Of a DNA stretch of 64,000 nt, positions 25,037 through 36,663 are shown piece by piece. The stretch is from assembly GCF_044647545.1 (NCBI RefSeq), contig NZ_CP172818.1; one strand, given 5' to 3'. The notes beneath the pieces are model-generated. The model made no database searches. It saw nothing but the letters and a program-made list of their open reading frames with translations, and had not been told where the DNA came from. How positions within the stretch are numbered: the stretch's first letter is position 1; the number at the start of each line of letters is the position of its first letter. Made by a program: the position numbers and the translations under genes. This DNA is from Escherichia coli (GTDB lineage: Bacteria; Pseudomonadota; Gammaproteobacteria; Enterobacterales; Enterobacteriaceae).

Positions 25037-25960
25037 TCAGAACGGCATTGATTTTCGAATAGCGTTAATCATCAACTGGCAACCAGAAGAGAACGTCGCA
25101 TCTACGCGGGTCAGTATTCCAATCGGTTCGCCTGCACCATGTCCCGGAACAGGCAGGGCCACCAGCGTGGCATGACGCAGGTCGTCTTTTACAGCGCCAG
25201 AAGGGACAAACCACACGTAGTCGTATTCAACCGTAAGTTGACGAGATAGCGAAGCAGACAGTGTTTCGATACAGCCCGAAGGAATTTTACAGCCCTGGCT
25301 CTGCACTAATGCATCTGAATGCTGGCGTGGCGCAGTGCCTTCTGGTGATACAACGACCGGCCATTCCAGCACCCGGCTTAGCGTTACGTTCTCCTGAAGT
25401 AGCGGATGATTAGGGCGGACAACCAGCTTCAGCGATTCAAGAAACAGCAGTTCGTAATTAAGTCCGGTCATCAGTTCAGGATCTGACATCCGACCAATGC
25501 CGATATCGATTTCCCCGGTTTTTAAACCCGCAAGAATCATAGGGTTACTCATTGTCGCAACTTGCAAGGTCGTCTCTTTTTGTTGCTGATGAAACTGACC
25601 TATAACCGAAGGTAATATCCCCAGTGCCGCAGTCGGTAGTGCACCAACCCTGACGACATCATTATTAAGACCTTCTTTACGATGAAGCGACTGTCCAGCA
25701 GTGTTGATGGCGTCAAGAACTCTGACTGCATGCGTTAAAAATTGTTCGCCGGGTAAGGTAAGTTGCGCCCCCTGACGACCACGCTCAAACAAGCGAGCGC
25801 CCGTCAGCTGCTCCAGTTCATTCAATGTCTTAGAGAGCGCAGGTTGACTCAAATTAAGGGTTTCAGCCGCGCGCCCCAAAGTTCCTTGTTGTGCGACAGC
25901 TACGAATGTATGAAGGTGGCGCAAACGGATGCGCTGACTAAACAGACTATTTTTTTCCAT
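25037..25960 (-). CDS. ydcI: LysR-type transcriptional regulator
   Basis: 307 aa from the internal start MEKNSLFSQRIRLRHLHTFVAV… (track ORF extends further upstream); N-terminal helix-turn-helix. Confidence 0.8.
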   Translation of the reverse strand: MEKNSLFSQRIRLRHLHTFVAVAQQGTLGRAAETLNLSQPALSKTLNELEQLTGARLFERGRQGAQLTLPGEQFLTHAVRVLDAINTAGQSLHRKEGLNNDVVRVGALPTAALGILPSVIGQFHQQQKETTLQVATMSNPMILAGLKTGEIDIGIGRMSDPELMTGLNYELLFLESLKLVVRPNHPLLQENVTLSRVLEWPVVVSPEGTAPRQHSDALVQSQGCKIPSGCIETLSASLSRQLTVEYDYVWFVPSGAVKDDLRHATLVALPVPGHGAGEPIGILTRVDATFSSGCQLMINAIRKSMPF

Positions 25961-26176
25961 AAGCGATGTTAAAAACGAAGCGGTGTCGCTGACAAGTGAA
26001 GTTGTTTGATTATGATAACTTGATTGCAAAATATTATTAACAATTAAAGCAATTATGTTACAGCAAAATGGATAATATTGATGTTTTCGCGGCGAGATCA
26101 CAGTTTGTAAATTCTTCCCGCCGGAGTGAATGCGGTTACCTACACTCCAGATTACTGACCACTGGAGGCAGACACT

Positions 26177-27520
26177 ATGGCGAACAGCATCACGGCGGAT
26201 GAGATTCGGGAACAGTTTTCGCAGGCAATGTCAGCCATGTACCAGCAAGAAGTTCCGCAGTACGGCACGCTGCTGGAACTGGTAGCTGATGTGAATCTGG
26301 CTGTGCTGGAAAACAATCCTCAACTGCACGAAAAAATGGTAAATGCAGACGAGCTGGCGCGACTGAATGTTGAACGTCATGGGGCGATTCGTGTTGGGAC
26401 TGCACAAGAGCTTGCTACTCTTCGGCGGATGTTTGCCATTATGGGGATGTACCCGGTGAGCTATTACGATCTCTCGCAGGCGGGAGTGCCGGTACATTCC
26501 ACAGCATTTCGGCCCATTGATGATGCTTCTCTGGCGCGTAATCCATTCCGCATTTTTACCTCATTACTCCGCCTTGAGCTTATCGAGAACGAATTTTTGC
26601 GCCAGAAAGCGGCGGAGATTCTGCGTCAGCGCGATATCTTCACCCCACGTTGTCGACAACTGTTAGAGGAATATGAGCAGCGGGGCGGTTTTAACGAAAC
26701 ACAGGCACAGGAGTTTGTGCAGGAAGCCCTGGAAACGTTTCGTTGGCACCAGTCAGCAACGGTAGATGAAGAAACCTATCGCGCCTTGCACAACGAACAT
26801 CGGTTGATTGCTGATGTGGTCTGTTTTCCTGGATGCCATATCAACCACCTGACGCCACGTACGCTGGATATTGACCGGGTGCAGTCGATGATGCCTGAAT
26901 GCGGGATTGAACCCAAAATTCTGATCGAAGGGCCGCCGCGCCGCGAGGTACCTATTTTACTACGCCAGACCAGCTTTAAAGCACTGGAAGAGACGGTGTT
27001 GTTTGCAGGGCAGAAACAGGGTACGCATACCGCGCGCTTTGGTGAAATAGAGCAGCGTGGTGTGGCATTAACGCCGAAAGGGCGACAACTGTATGATGAT
27101 CTTCTGCGTAACGCTGGAACCGGGCAGGATAATCTCACTCACCAAATGCATTTACAGGAAACCTTCCGCACTTTTCCTGACAGTGAGTTTTTAATGCGTC
27201 AGCAAGGGTTGGCATGGTTCCGGTACCGTCTGACGCCTTCAGGTGAGGCGCATCGTCAGGCGATTCATTCCGGAGACGATCCACAGCCCTTAATTGAACG
27301 TGGTTGGGTAGTGGCGCAACCCATTACCTATGAAGATTTCTTGCCTGTTAGCGCGGCGGGGATCTTCCAGTCAAATCTGGGTAATGAAACGCAGGCACGC
27401 AGTCACGGTAATGCCAGTCGCGAAGCATTTGAGCAGGCGTTGGGCTGCCCGGTTTTGGATGAGTTCCAGCTTTATCAGGAAGCGGAAGAACGCAGTAAAC
27501 GTCGCTGTGGTTTGCTTTAA
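26177..27520 (+). CDS. ydcJ: DUF1338 family protein, putative metal-dependent enzyme
   Basis: 447-aa ORF divergent from ydcI with a Shine-Dalgarno-like site upstream. Confidence 0.8.
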   Translation: MANSITADEIREQFSQAMSAMYQQEVPQYGTLLELVADVNLAVLENNPQLHEKMVNADELARLNVERHGAIRVGTAQELATLRRMFAIMGMYPVSYYDLSQAGVPVHSTAFRPIDDASLARNPFRIFTSLLRLELIENEFLRQKAAEILRQRDIFTPRCRQLLEEYEQRGGFNETQAQEFVQEALETFRWHQSATVDEETYRALHNEHRLIADVVCFPGCHINHLTPRTLDIDRVQSMMPECGIEPKILIEGPPRREVPILLRQTSFKALEETVLFAGQKQGTHTARFGEIEQRGVALTPKGRQLYDDLLRNAGTGQDNLTHQMHLQETFRTFPDSEFLMRQQGLAWFRYRLTPSGEAHRQAIHSGDDPQPLIERGWVVAQPITYEDFLPVSAAGIFQSNLGNETQARSHGNASREAFEQALGCPVLDEFQLYQEAEERSKRRCGLL

Positions 27521-27744
27521 ATTCTGACCATCCGCCTTTGCAAAAATTTGCCTGATTTTACAAACGAATCAGGCTCATCCCATCGACATAAAAAAAATGC
27601 CAATTTATGCATATTCTCTGAGTTCAACAATTGGATTATTAATAAATATTGTCTAGAGTGAGCGGTCATAAATAAGCACTTTCTTGCCGCTGAAAACGAC
27701 CAGCGCGGGACCATTCACAACACCAGAAGGACTCACTTTCAGGT

Positions 27745-29400
27745 ATGGATCGTAGACGATTTATTAAAGGTTCAATGGCTATGGCCGCCGTGTGCGGTAC
27801 CAGCGGCATTGCTTCTCTTTTTTCTCAGGCGGCATTCGCGGCAGATTCTGATATTGCCGACGGGCAAACCCAGCGTTTTGACTTCTCCATTCTACAGTCA
27901 ATGGCGCACGACTTAGCGCAAACCGCGTGGCGTGGTGCGCCGCGTCCGTTACCTGACACTCTGGCGACAATGACGCCGCAGGCTTATAACAGTATTCAAT
28001 ACGACGCCGAAAAATCGCTCTGGCATAACGTTGAGAACCGTCAACTGGACGCTCAGTTCTTCCATATGGGAATGGGATTCCGTCGCCGCGTTCGTATGTT
28101 TTCTGTTGATCCCGCAACACATCTGGCGCGTGAAATTCACTTTCGCCCGGAGTTGTTCAAATACAACGATGCGGGTGTTGATACCAAACAATTAGAAGGG
28201 CAAAGCGATCTCGGTTTTGCCGGTTTTCGCGTGTTTAAAGCCCCCGAACTGGCGCGCCGTGATGTCGTATCATTCCTCGGCGCGAGTTATTTCCGCGCCG
28301 TTGATGATACATATCAATACGGTTTGTCGGCCCGCGGCCTGGCGATCGACACTTACACCGACAGTAAAGAAGAGTTCCCCGACTTTACCGCCTTCTGGTT
28401 TGATACGGTAAAACCGGGGGCAACCACCTTTACCGTTTATGCGTTGCTCGATAGCGCCAGCATTACTGGTGCCTATAAGTTCACTATCCATTGCGAGAAA
28501 AGTCAGGTGATTATGGATGTGGAAAATCACCTGTATGCGCGCAAAGACATTAAACAGCTGGGCATTGCGCCGATGACCAGTATGTTCAGCTGCGGTACTA
28601 ATGAACGTCGGATGTGCGACACCATTCATCCGCAAATCCATGACTCTGATCGTTTGTCCATGTGGCGGGGCAACGGCGAGTGGATTTGTCGTCCGCTGAA
28701 CAATCCGCAAAAATTGCAGTTCAATGCTTACACCGACAACAACCCGAAAGGGTTTGGTTTATTGCAACTGGATCGTGATTTCTCCCATTATCAGGACATT
28801 ATGGGCTGGTATAACAAACGCCCAAGTCTGTGGGTGGAACCGCGTAACAAGTGGGGTAAGGGCACCATCGGCCTGATGGAAATCCCAACAACGGGCGAAA
28901 CGCTGGATAACATTGTCTGCTTCTGGCAGCCAGAAAAAGCTGTAAAAGCGGGTGATGAGTTTGCATTCCAGTATCGTCTGTACTGGAGTGCGCAACCGCC
29001 TGTTCATTGCCCATTAGCGCGCGTTATGGCGACGCGTACCGGCATGGGTGGTTTCCCGGAAGGTTGGGCTCCAGGTGAACACTATCCCGAAAAATGGGCG
29101 CGTCGTTTTGCCGTCGATTTAGTTGGTGGTGATCTGAAAGCTGCCGCGCCAAAAGGCATTGAGCCGGTGATTACGCTTTCCAGTGGGGAAGCGAAGCAAA
29201 TCGAAATTCTCTATATTGAACCCATTGATGGTTATCGTATTCAGTTTGACTGGTATCCGACTTCGGACTCCACTGATCCGGTCGATATGCGGATGTATCT
29301 GCGTTGTCAGGGCGACGCTATCAGTGAAACATGGCTGTATCAGTATTTCCCGCCAGCGCCCGATAAACGTCAGTATGTTGACGACCGCGTGATGAGTTAA
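27745..29400 (+). CDS. opgD: Osmoregulated periplasmic glucan biosynthesis protein D, Tat-exported
   Basis: 551-aa ORF with twin-arginine signal ([10 protein letters not shown]…AFA). Confidence 0.9.
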   Translation: MDRRRFIKGSMAMAAVCGTSGIASLFSQAAFAADSDIADGQTQRFDFSILQSMAHDLAQTAWRGAPRPLPDTLATMTPQAYNSIQYDAEKSLWHNVENRQLDAQFFHMGMGFRRRVRMFSVDPATHLAREIHFRPELFKYNDAGVDTKQLEGQSDLGFAGFRVFKAPELARRDVVSFLGASYFRAVDDTYQYGLSARGLAIDTYTDSKEEFPDFTAFWFDTVKPGATTFTVYALLDSASITGAYKFTIHCEKSQVIMDVENHLYARKDIKQLGIAPMTSMFSCGTNERRMCDTIHPQIHDSDRLSMWRGNGEWICRPLNNPQKLQFNAYTDNNPKGFGLLQLDRDFSHYQDIMGWYNKRPSLWVEPRNKWGKGTIGLMEIPTTGETLDNIVCFWQPEKAVKAGDEFAFQYRLYWSAQPPVHCPLARVMATRTGMGGFPEGWAPGEHYPEKWARRFAVDLVGGDLKAAAPKGIEPVITLSSGEAKQIEILYIEPIDGYRIQFDWYPTSDSTDPVDMRMYLRCQGDAISETWLYQYFPPAPDKRQYVDDRVMS

Positions 29401-29539
29401 TCGTTTTTTCTTCGGCACCTTCTTCGGGAGGTGCCGTCTGGTTAAACACGATCCCGCTCGCATTTTTCCCTAAGTTAAATGAGTAATCTGATGGTGTGTA
29501 TTTCAGATACACCTAGTCAGCCACTAACAGGGAGTGCGT

Positions 29540-29764
29540 ATGTTTCCTGAATATCGAGATTTAATATCCCGTCTGAAAAACGAAAATCCTCGCTTTATGT
29601 CCTTGTTCGATAAACACAATAAACTTGATCATGAAATTGCCAGAAAGGAAGGTTCCGACGGTCGAGGGTACAATGCGGAAGTGGTCCGCATGAAAAAACA
29701 AAAGCTACAGTTAAAAGATGAGATGCTCAAAATCCTGCAGCAGGAGAGCGTCAAAGAGGTGTAA
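29540..29764 (+). CDS. ydcH: DUF465 family small protein
   Basis: 74 aa from the ATG at 29540 (MFPEYRDLISRLK…) behind a GGGAG site; the track ORF begins at an upstream GTG. Confidence 0.7.
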   Translation: MFPEYRDLISRLKNENPRFMSLFDKHNKLDHEIARKEGSDGRGYNAEVVRMKKQKLQLKDEMLKILQQESVKEV

Positions 29765-29772
29765 ACTTTCCT

Positions 29773-29797
29773 AAGCCGCCAGCCAGGCGGCTTTTTT
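29773..29797 (+). terminator. Rho-independent terminator after ydcH
   Basis: Stem AAGCCGCC / GGCGGCTT followed by T6. Confidence 0.65.
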
Positions 29798-29826
29798 AAC
29801 AACTGCATGGATTGACTGGAGATAAG

Positions 29827-30366
29827 ATGACCGAAACGATAAAAGTAAGTGAATCACTTGAATTACATGCTGTTGCAGAAAGTCATGTCACACCTCTTTA
29901 TCTGTTAATCTGTAAAAATAGAACCTGGCTACAGCAGTCGCTAAACTGGCCGCAGTTTGTTCAAAGTGAAGAGGACACGCGAAAAACGGTGCAGGGCAAT
30001 GTAATGTTGCATCAACGCGGATATGCCAAAATGTTCATGATTTTCAAAGAAGATGAACTTATCGGCGTTATCTCGTTTAATCGTATTGAACCACTGAATA
30101 AAACCGCTGAAATCGGCTACTGGCTGGACGAATCTCATCAGGGGCAGGGGATCATTTCTCAGGCGCTGCAGGCATTGATTCATCATTACGCTCAGTCTGG
30201 TGAACTTAGACGCTTCGTGATCAAATGTCGGGTGGACAATCCGCAAAGCAACCAGGTCGCTTTGCGCAATGGTTTTATCCTTGAAGGTTGCCTGAAACAG
30301 GCTGAGTTCCTGAATGATGCCTATGATGATGTGAACTTATACGCGCGTATTATCGATTCACAATAA
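29827..30366 (+). CDS. rimL: Ribosomal protein L7/L12 serine N-acetyltransferase (GNAT)
   Basis: 179 aa from the ATG at 29827 ([14 protein letters not shown]…); GNAT fold motifs. Confidence 0.8.
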   Translation: MTETIKVSESLELHAVAESHVTPLYLLICKNRTWLQQSLNWPQFVQSEEDTRKTVQGNVMLHQRGYAKMFMIFKEDELIGVISFNRIEPLNKTAEIGYWLDESHQGQGIISQALQALIHHYAQSGELRRFVIKCRVDNPQSNQVALRNGFILEGCLKQAEFLNDAYDDVNLYARIIDSQ

Positions 30367-31338
30367 CCCTGCCAGCGGCGTTCGAGTAATGCGCTCCTCG
30401 CCGTTAATGACTTTTGGACCACGGACATGAACCGTGTCGCCATCAAAGGCTTCAACGACGGCGTGGTCGGTTAACTCCACATGGTTTTCAATTATCACCG
30501 CACCTGTAATACGGCTCTCACCTTGTATGACAACGTGCTCGTCGAGCAGAATCGGTCCGCCACGTACCACGGCATTTCCGCCAATCAAGACATGATGTTT
30601 TAACACACAATTACCTTCCACAATGGCATATTCCGCCACCTGCGAACTGTAATGAATCGTCGGAATGGCATCTTCTTCTATGCCAGCTTTCACCTGCGCG
30701 TGACCGCAGACTTTAGCACAATCGCATAGCCAGACGTTGTTCTCCTCATTACCTTCAATACTGGCAAAATCAAAAACTTCGGCGCGATGTTCAATAAAAG
30801 CATACCGGACGACGGCATCGCCATAAATTTGTGCCTGGTGGACAATCCGCGAGGCGCTAACCCTCGCGCGATCATAAATTTGTAGCAGGAGTTGATGGTC
30901 GGGCGTTAAGCCTTGTGCGGCGACGATCATAGAATGTTGATCAATTAAGGCGTGACCAAATATTCTACATTGACCGCAAACTAATGAGCCACGAATGGTG
31001 ACACTGTCACTTATATGTGCACCCTGGCTGATTTCACTATTATCGATCCAGACGTTATCCGTTGCGTAAACCTCTCCCCACAGCACGCTGGTGCCGGTGA
31101 TACGCGTATTACCGGAAATCACCGTTCCGCCGAACGCAATAGCATTCTGGTCGTAAATCCAGCAATTTCCTTCCTGTGCTAACACCGTTTCGCGATCGAT
31201 CCAGCCGCCAGCGCTTCCTGCTATCACATCGTTAAAATCGCTAATGGCGATAATCTGCCGTAATAACACATTTTTTTTAGTGCCATCTTCCTGATAACTA
31301 AAGGCTCGCTGTTCTTCACTTAGACGATATTTGCGCAT
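30358..31338 (-). CDS. ydcK: Hexapeptide-repeat (left-handed beta-helix) acyltransferase-like protein
   Basis: 326-aa ORF with repeated hexapeptide motifs; its 3' end overlaps the rimL 3' end by 9 bp. Confidence 0.8.
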   Translation of the reverse strand: MRKYRLSEEQRAFSYQEDGTKKNVLLRQIIAISDFNDVIAGSAGGWIDRETVLAQEGNCWIYDQNAIAFGGTVISGNTRITGTSVLWGEVYATDNVWIDNSEISQGAHISDSVTIRGSLVCGQCRIFGHALIDQHSMIVAAQGLTPDHQLLLQIYDRARVSASRIVHQAQIYGDAVVRYAFIEHRAEVFDFASIEGNEENNVWLCDCAKVCGHAQVKAGIEEDAIPTIHYSSQVAEYAIVEGNCVLKHHVLIGGNAVVRGGPILLDEHVVIQGESRITGAVIIENHVELTDHAVVEAFDGDTVHVRGPKVINGEERITRTPLAGLL

Positions 31339-31461
31339 AGCGTTTTCCCACAGGTGACTTACTATAACCGTAGCAAATTCTGCGGCTCTGGCTATGCTCG
31401 AGAAAATTCCATAAAATGCATTTCAAATATACTTTATAAATTAAACAAAATGAGTAAGAAG

Positions 31462-32454
31462 ATGCAGAGCGATAAAGTGCTCAATTTGCCGGCAGGCTAC
31501 TTTAGTATTGTGTTGGGGACGATAGGGATGGGATTTGCCTGGCGCTATGCCAGCCAGGTTTGGCAGGTCAGCCACTGGTTGGGGGATGGGCTGGTGATTC
31601 TGGCGATGATCATCTGGGGATTATTGACTGGCGCATTTATTACCCGACTCATACGCTTTCCGCATAGCGTGCTGGCAGAAGTGCGCCATCCAGTGCTGAG
31701 CAGTTTTGTGAGTTTGTTTCCGGCAACGACGATGCTGGTGGCGATTGGTTTTGTTCCGTGGTTTCGCCCACTGGCGGTGTGCCTGTTCAGTTTTGGTGTC
31801 GTGGTTCAGTTGGCTTATGCCGCCTGGCAAACTGCGGGATTATGGCGCGGATCTCACCCTGAAGAAGCTACCACGCCTGGACTGTATCTGCCGACAGTTG
31901 CCAACAACTTTATCAGCGCAATGGCCTGTGGTGCGTTGGGCTACACCGACGCCGGTCTGGTGTTTTTAGGCGCAGGCGTTTTCTCATGGCTAAGCCTGGA
32001 ACCGGTGATCTTGCAGCGTCTGCGCAGTTCGGGAGAATTACCCACGGCGCTGCGGACATCACTCGGCATTCAGCTCGCTCCTGCGCTGGTGGCCTGTAGT
32101 GCCTGGCTGAGCGTCAACGGCGGCGAGGGTGACACGCTGGCGAAAATGCTTTTCGGTTATGGACTGCTGCAACTGCTGTTTATGCTACGTCTGATGCCAT
32201 GGTATCTCTCCCAGCCATTTAATGCTTCATTCTGGAGTTTCTCGTTCGGCGTATCTGCACTGGCAACCACCGGTTTGCATCTGGGGATTGGCAGCGATAA
32301 TGGATTTTTCCATACGCTGGCGGTGCCGCTGTTTATCTTTACCAATTTTATTATTGCAATACTGCTCATCCGTACTTTTGCGCTTCTGATGCAGGGAAAA
32401 TTGTTAATCAGAACCGAGCGCGCCGTTTTAATGAAAGCAGAGGACAAAGAATGA
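31462..32454 (+). CDS. tehA: Tellurite resistance / C4-dicarboxylate-type channel protein TehA
   Basis: 330 aa from [14 protein letters not shown]… (in-frame ATGs also at 31450 and further upstream); polytopic membrane protein; ATGA overlap with tehB. Confidence 0.85.
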   Translation: MQSDKVLNLPAGYFSIVLGTIGMGFAWRYASQVWQVSHWLGDGLVILAMIIWGLLTGAFITRLIRFPHSVLAEVRHPVLSSFVSLFPATTMLVAIGFVPWFRPLAVCLFSFGVVVQLAYAAWQTAGLWRGSHPEEATTPGLYLPTVANNFISAMACGALGYTDAGLVFLGAGVFSWLSLEPVILQRLRSSGELPTALRTSLGIQLAPALVACSAWLSVNGGEGDTLAKMLFGYGLLQLLFMLRLMPWYLSQPFNASFWSFSFGVSALATTGLHLGIGSDNGFFHTLAVPLFIFTNFIIAILLIRTFALLMQGKLLIRTERAVLMKAEDKE

Positions 32455-33044
32455 TCATTCGTGACGAAAACTATTTTACTGATAAATATGAATTAACCCG
32501 CACACACTCTGAAGTGCTGGAAGCGGTGAAAGTGGTTAAACCGGGTAAAACGCTGGATCTGGGCTGTGGCAATGGTCGTAACAGTCTTTACCTGGCAGCC
32601 AATGGTTATGATGTTGACGCATGGGATAAAAATGCCATGAGTATCGCCAACGTCGAGCGCATTAAGTCCATTGAAAATCTGGATAATTTACACACCCGGG
32701 TCGTTGATCTGAATAACCTCACATTTGATGGACAGTACGATTTTATTCTTTCGACTGTGGTGCTGATGTTCCTTGAGGCTAAAACCATCCCAGGGCTGAT
32801 TGCCAATATGCAACGTTGCACTAAACCTGGCGGTTACAACCTGATTGTGGCGGCGATGGATACCGCTGATTATCCATGTACCGTCGGCTTCCCGTTTGCC
32901 TTCAAAGAGGGAGAATTACGTCGATATTACGAAGGCTGGGAGAGGGTGAAATACAATGAAGACGTCGGCGAGCTGCACCGCACCGACGCCAACGGTAATC
33001 GTATTAAACTGCGTTTCGCCACGATGCTGGCACGTAAAAAATGA
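32451..33044 (+). CDS. tehB: Tellurite methyltransferase TehB (SAM-dependent)
   Basis: 197-aa ORF with SAM-binding motif ([11 protein letters not shown]). Confidence 0.9.
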   Translation: MIIRDENYFTDKYELTRTHSEVLEAVKVVKPGKTLDLGCGNGRNSLYLAANGYDVDAWDKNAMSIANVERIKSIENLDNLHTRVVDLNNLTFDGQYDFILSTVVLMFLEAKTIPGLIANMQRCTKPGGYNLIVAAMDTADYPCTVGFPFAFKEGELRRYYEGWERVKYNEDVGELHRTDANGNRIKLRFATMLARKK

Positions 33045-33346
33045 CCCGCTAAGAACAAGGCGCGTGAAAATTCCCCCCGCTGAGATGGTTTACTGTTCTT
33101 CTTTTCGGTAAGCATAATTTTTATCGAAGGGATGTGAAATTAATCACAGTAGTCGAAGTTTTTTAGCAGCTTAACTTACTGAAATTTAACTACTGATGAT
33201 TGACTTAGCCCCTTTTTCGGCATTGACTATGTCGTCTGTAAAGGGGCTGAAAAATTTATTTTCACCAACACTTTTTTTGCCACAACACGAAGCGGCGCTT
33301 TTTGCTATAACTTAAAAAGTAATATAATCATCTCAGGAAACTATTC

Positions 33347-34015
33347 ATGCGTACCACATCAATTGCGAAAGTTGCAGCTTTATGCGGCTTGTTGGCTCTG
33401 TCTGGTTGTGCCTCTAAAATCACCCAGCCAGATAAATATTCTGGTTTTTTAAACAATTACTCTGATTTAAAAGAAACAAATTCTGCAACGGGTAAACCTG
33501 TTTTACGTTGGGTAGACCCGAGTTTTGATCAAAGCAAATATGACAGCATCGTCTGGAACCCAATCACTTATTATCCGGTACCGAAACCTTCAACCCAGGT
33601 AGGGCAGAAAGTTCTGGATAAAATTTTGAACTATACCAACACCGAAATGAAAGAAGCGATAGCGCAGCGTAAACCACTGGTTACCACCGCTGGGCCGCGT
33701 AGTCTGATTTTCCGTGGGGCCATTACCGGTGTAGATACCAGCAAAGAAGGGCTGCAATTCTATGAAGTGGTTCCTGTTGCATTAGTGGTTGCGGGGACGC
33801 AAATGGCTACAGGCCACCGTACCATGGATACTCGCTTGTATTTTGAAGGTGAGCTGATTGATGCAGCGACTAATAAACCGGTTATCAAAGTCGTTCGTCA
33901 GGGCGAAGGTAAAGACCTGAATAACGAAAGTACGCCAATGGCTTTCGAAAATATTAAACAAGTTATTGATGACATGGCGACCGATGCCACCATGTTTGAC
34001 GTTAACAAAAAGTAG
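33347..34015 (+). CDS. ydcL: Lipoprotein YdcL
   Basis: 222-aa ORF with lipoprotein signal and lipobox (…LALSGC). Confidence 0.8.
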   Translation: MRTTSIAKVAALCGLLALSGCASKITQPDKYSGFLNNYSDLKETNSATGKPVLRWVDPSFDQSKYDSIVWNPITYYPVPKPSTQVGQKVLDKILNYTNTEMKEAIAQRKPLVTTAGPRSLIFRGAITGVDTSKEGLQFYEVVPVALVVAGTQMATGHRTMDTRLYFEGELIDAATNKPVIKVVRQGEGKDLNNESTPMAFENIKQVIDDMATDATMFDVNKK

Positions 34016-34023
34016 TTCCAGAC

Positions 34024-34048
34024 GCGCCATCGTTAGATGGCGCTTTTT
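34024..34048 (+). terminator. Rho-independent terminator after ydcL
   Basis: Stem GCGCCATC / GATGGCGC followed by T5. Confidence 0.65.
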
Positions 34049-34269
34049 ATTAACTGTAAAGGTTTCTCTTCTTTTTTCTTCAAATGCCAAAACCCTTATA
34101 ATCTCTCAATACTGTCGCTCCAAACCTACTCTTCTTTTCGCGTCCCAGTTATAGTTATTAACAATCTCTTCCCATCCATTCAACACACTCAAACGCAATA
34201 CATTAAGTATTTCCCTCATCAAAAATCTGATCGTATGTGACAAAGACCGTGAACACACAGGAAAACACA

Positions 34270-35450
34270 TGCCTTCCACGCCGATACGTTTCTTCACAGA
34301 CCAAAGTCATTTGCCTGTGAAACACTACAGCATTTAAATCCATTAGCCCGTGTCAAAGAGCGTGAAATGGCGCTTCCGGCGCATGTCGTTTCGTTTCAAT
34401 CTCTCTGGCACGTCAGAAGAGAATCATGAGCCGTAATAAATACATCCCTTACGGGAAAATGCTTCCTCTGTTGAGTGAAAAACGCCACGAAACCAATGCT
34501 AAAGATCGCCCTCACAGCCATTCAACACACTGAAAGACCTTGAGCGCTTAAAAAACTTCTCCAGAAGCCTGCTTTTCCCCGATCAAAAAGCGGGGACAGA
34601 AGATGCATTCGCTACCCGCAGGGCGTTAAGCTCGACAGGAAAACAGCCGTATTTTTCGCCGAAACTTGGCTGGATGCGCTACCGGAATAGCCGTCAGGTC
34701 ACGGGTGTGTGAAAAATGTCACTGTCAGCCAGTCCTGCGTAAGGTACATCAGTATCAGACTGAAAATGAAGTATCAACTCCGTTCACCCTTCAGCATCAA
34801 TGGTCGGCTGGAGCGCGGGCTAAACTCGCCACGCTGTCAGAGCAAGCTTTGACCTGAAACAGTTTTCAGAAAAACCAGAAGAAGCTGGCGAGACTTCAGC
34901 GACAGTTAAGCCGCAAGGTCAAATTCAGCAATAACTGGCAGAAGCAGAAACGCAAAATACAGCGACTGCATCCTGTACGCAAATATCCGCAGGGACTACC
35001 TTCACAAAGTCACAACGACCGTCAGCAAAAACCACGCAATGATAGTCATTGAGGATTTGAAGGTCAGCAACATGTCAAAGTCAGCAGCGGGTACGGTCAG
35101 CCAGCCGGGGCGCAATGTCCGGGCAAAATCAGGTTTAAACCGTTCGATACTGGATCAGGGCTGGTATGAAATGCGCCGCCAGCTTGAGTACAAGCACCTG
35201 GCGTGGCGGTCAGGTGCTTGCTGCCGCCAGCGTACACAAGCCAGCGTTGCGCGTGCTGTGGTCATACAGCGAAAGAAAATCGCCTGTCACAAAGTAAATT
35301 CAGATGCCAGCATGTGGATATACAGCGAACGCCGATGAAATGCCTCGTAACATTTTAGCGGCGGGGCACGCCGTTCTTGCCTGTGGAGAGATGGTGCATC
35401 AGCCGCTCGTTGAAGCAGGAACCCCCCGAAATGATTTAGCGACAGCCTGA
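34270..35450 (+). pseudogene. insQ: Decayed IS200/IS605-family (IS609-like) tnpB / insQ-type gene
   Basis: TnpB-like peptide segments (…KLGWMRYRNSRQVTGV…, …KKLARLQRQLSRKVKFSNNWQKQKRKIQRLH…, …MIVIEDLKVSNMSK…) lie in different frames with in-frame stops; no ORF over 99 aa on either strand. Confidence 0.65.
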
Positions 35451-35487
35451 ACGTAGCAGGGATCCACGTCCTTCAGGGCGTGAGGAT

Positions 35488-36663
35488 TCAATATCGGTTT
35501 CTGTCAGCGATTAAATTCAACACCACGTAACAAACGCCTCCGGCAATTAATCCCCAAAACGCAGAACCAATCCCGGCCAGCGTCAATCCACTTGCCGTTA
35601 CCAGAAATGCCACCACCGCCGCGTCGCGCTCACGCTCATTATGCAGCGCCTGATACAAACTGCCGCCAATGGTACTCAACAGCGCCAGACCTGCCAGCAT
35701 CTGGATCCAACTTACGGGCAGGGCAGCCATCATCCCGGTAATGGCACTACCAAACAGACCTGCGAGCAAATAGAAAATGCCTGCAACGGCAGCTGCCAGC
35801 CAACGTTGATCTTTATCCGGATGCGCTTCCGGGCTTTGGCAAATAGCCGCGGTGATTGCCGCAATACCGACGGAATAAACGCCGAAAGGGGAAAAAACCA
35901 GTGCCAGCAATCCAGTAAATACAATTAATGGCGAAACAGGAGCCGAATATCCGGCTGCTTTCATTGCTGCGATACCCGGTGCGTTTTGCGATGCCATCGT
36001 CACCAGAAAAAGGGGGAGTGCAACGCTCAGGCTGTGAGCAAACGAAAAATCAGGGCTAATATAAGTGGGGAGAACGGGTTTAAAGACAACATCAGTTGTG
36101 ACAACGTCACCTTGCGCGATAACGATCACGCCCCCAATAATCATCGCGGCAATTACCGCATAGCGCGGCGCAACGGCCCTGGTTGCCAGCCATACCAGCA
36201 ACATACTGCCACACAACGTAAATTGACCATCCAGGCTCGCAAACGCCTGTAAACCAAAGCGTAATAAAATCCCGGCAAGCATTGCCGCCGCAAGCGAGTG
36301 CGGAATAATGCGCATCAGACGAGCAAAGAGTCCCGTTATGCCGCAGAGGACTATTAACGCGTTGGTGACAATAAAAACGCCGATGGTTTCGTTAAGTGTT
36401 AGTCCCTGCAATCCGGTGACCAACAAAGCCGCGCCAGGCGTTGACCATGCGGTGAGAACAGGTACGCGATACCATAATGTCAGAGCCAGCGTACTGACGC
36501 CCATTGCCAGCCCCAGCGCCGTCATCCAGCCAGAGATTTGTGCAGTGGTGGCTCCGGCGACAATCGCTGCTTGCCAGATTATTGCCGCTGAACTGGCGTA
36601 GCCAATTAATACCGCCAGAAACCCCGCCAGTAGCGTGGGCGGAGGAATAGAAAACAGACGCAT
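35488..36663 (-). CDS. ydcO: BenE-family (benzoate-type) inner-membrane transporter
   Basis: 391 aa from MRLFSIPPPTLLAGF…; highly hydrophobic multi-pass protein. Confidence 0.8.
   Translation of the reverse strand: MRLFSIPPPTLLAGFLAVLIGYASSAAIIWQAAIVAGATTAQISGWMTALGLAMGVSTLALTLWYRVPVLTAWSTPGAALLVTGLQGLTLNETIGVFIVTNALIVLCGITGLFARLMRIIPHSLAAAMLAGILLRFGLQAFASLDGQFTLCGSMLLVWLATRAVAPRYAVIAAMIIGGVIVIAQGDVVTTDVVFKPVLPTYISPDFSFAHSLSVALPLFLVTMASQNAPGIAAMKAAGYSAPVSPLIVFTGLLALVFSPFGVYSVGIAAITAAICQSPEAHPDKDQRWLAAAVAGIFYLLAGLFGSAITGMMAALPVSWIQMLAGLALLSTIGGSLYQALHNERERDAAVVAFLVTASGLTLAGIGSAFWGLIAGGVCYVVLNLIADRNRY

Noticed and set aside
33207-33248. 10-bp inverted repeat with a 22-nt loop (AGCCCCTTTT…AAAGGGGCT) upstream of ydcL
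   Set aside because: It could be a tehB terminator or a regulatory palindrome, but the loop is long and the downstream T-run is interrupted; not enough to call a feature.
34172-34524. 14-bp direct repeat CCATTCAACACACT at about 34176 and about 34510
   Set aside because: Several exact 14-mer repeats are expected by chance in 64 kb; the second copy lies inside the tnpB remnant and the pair does not bracket a plausible element.
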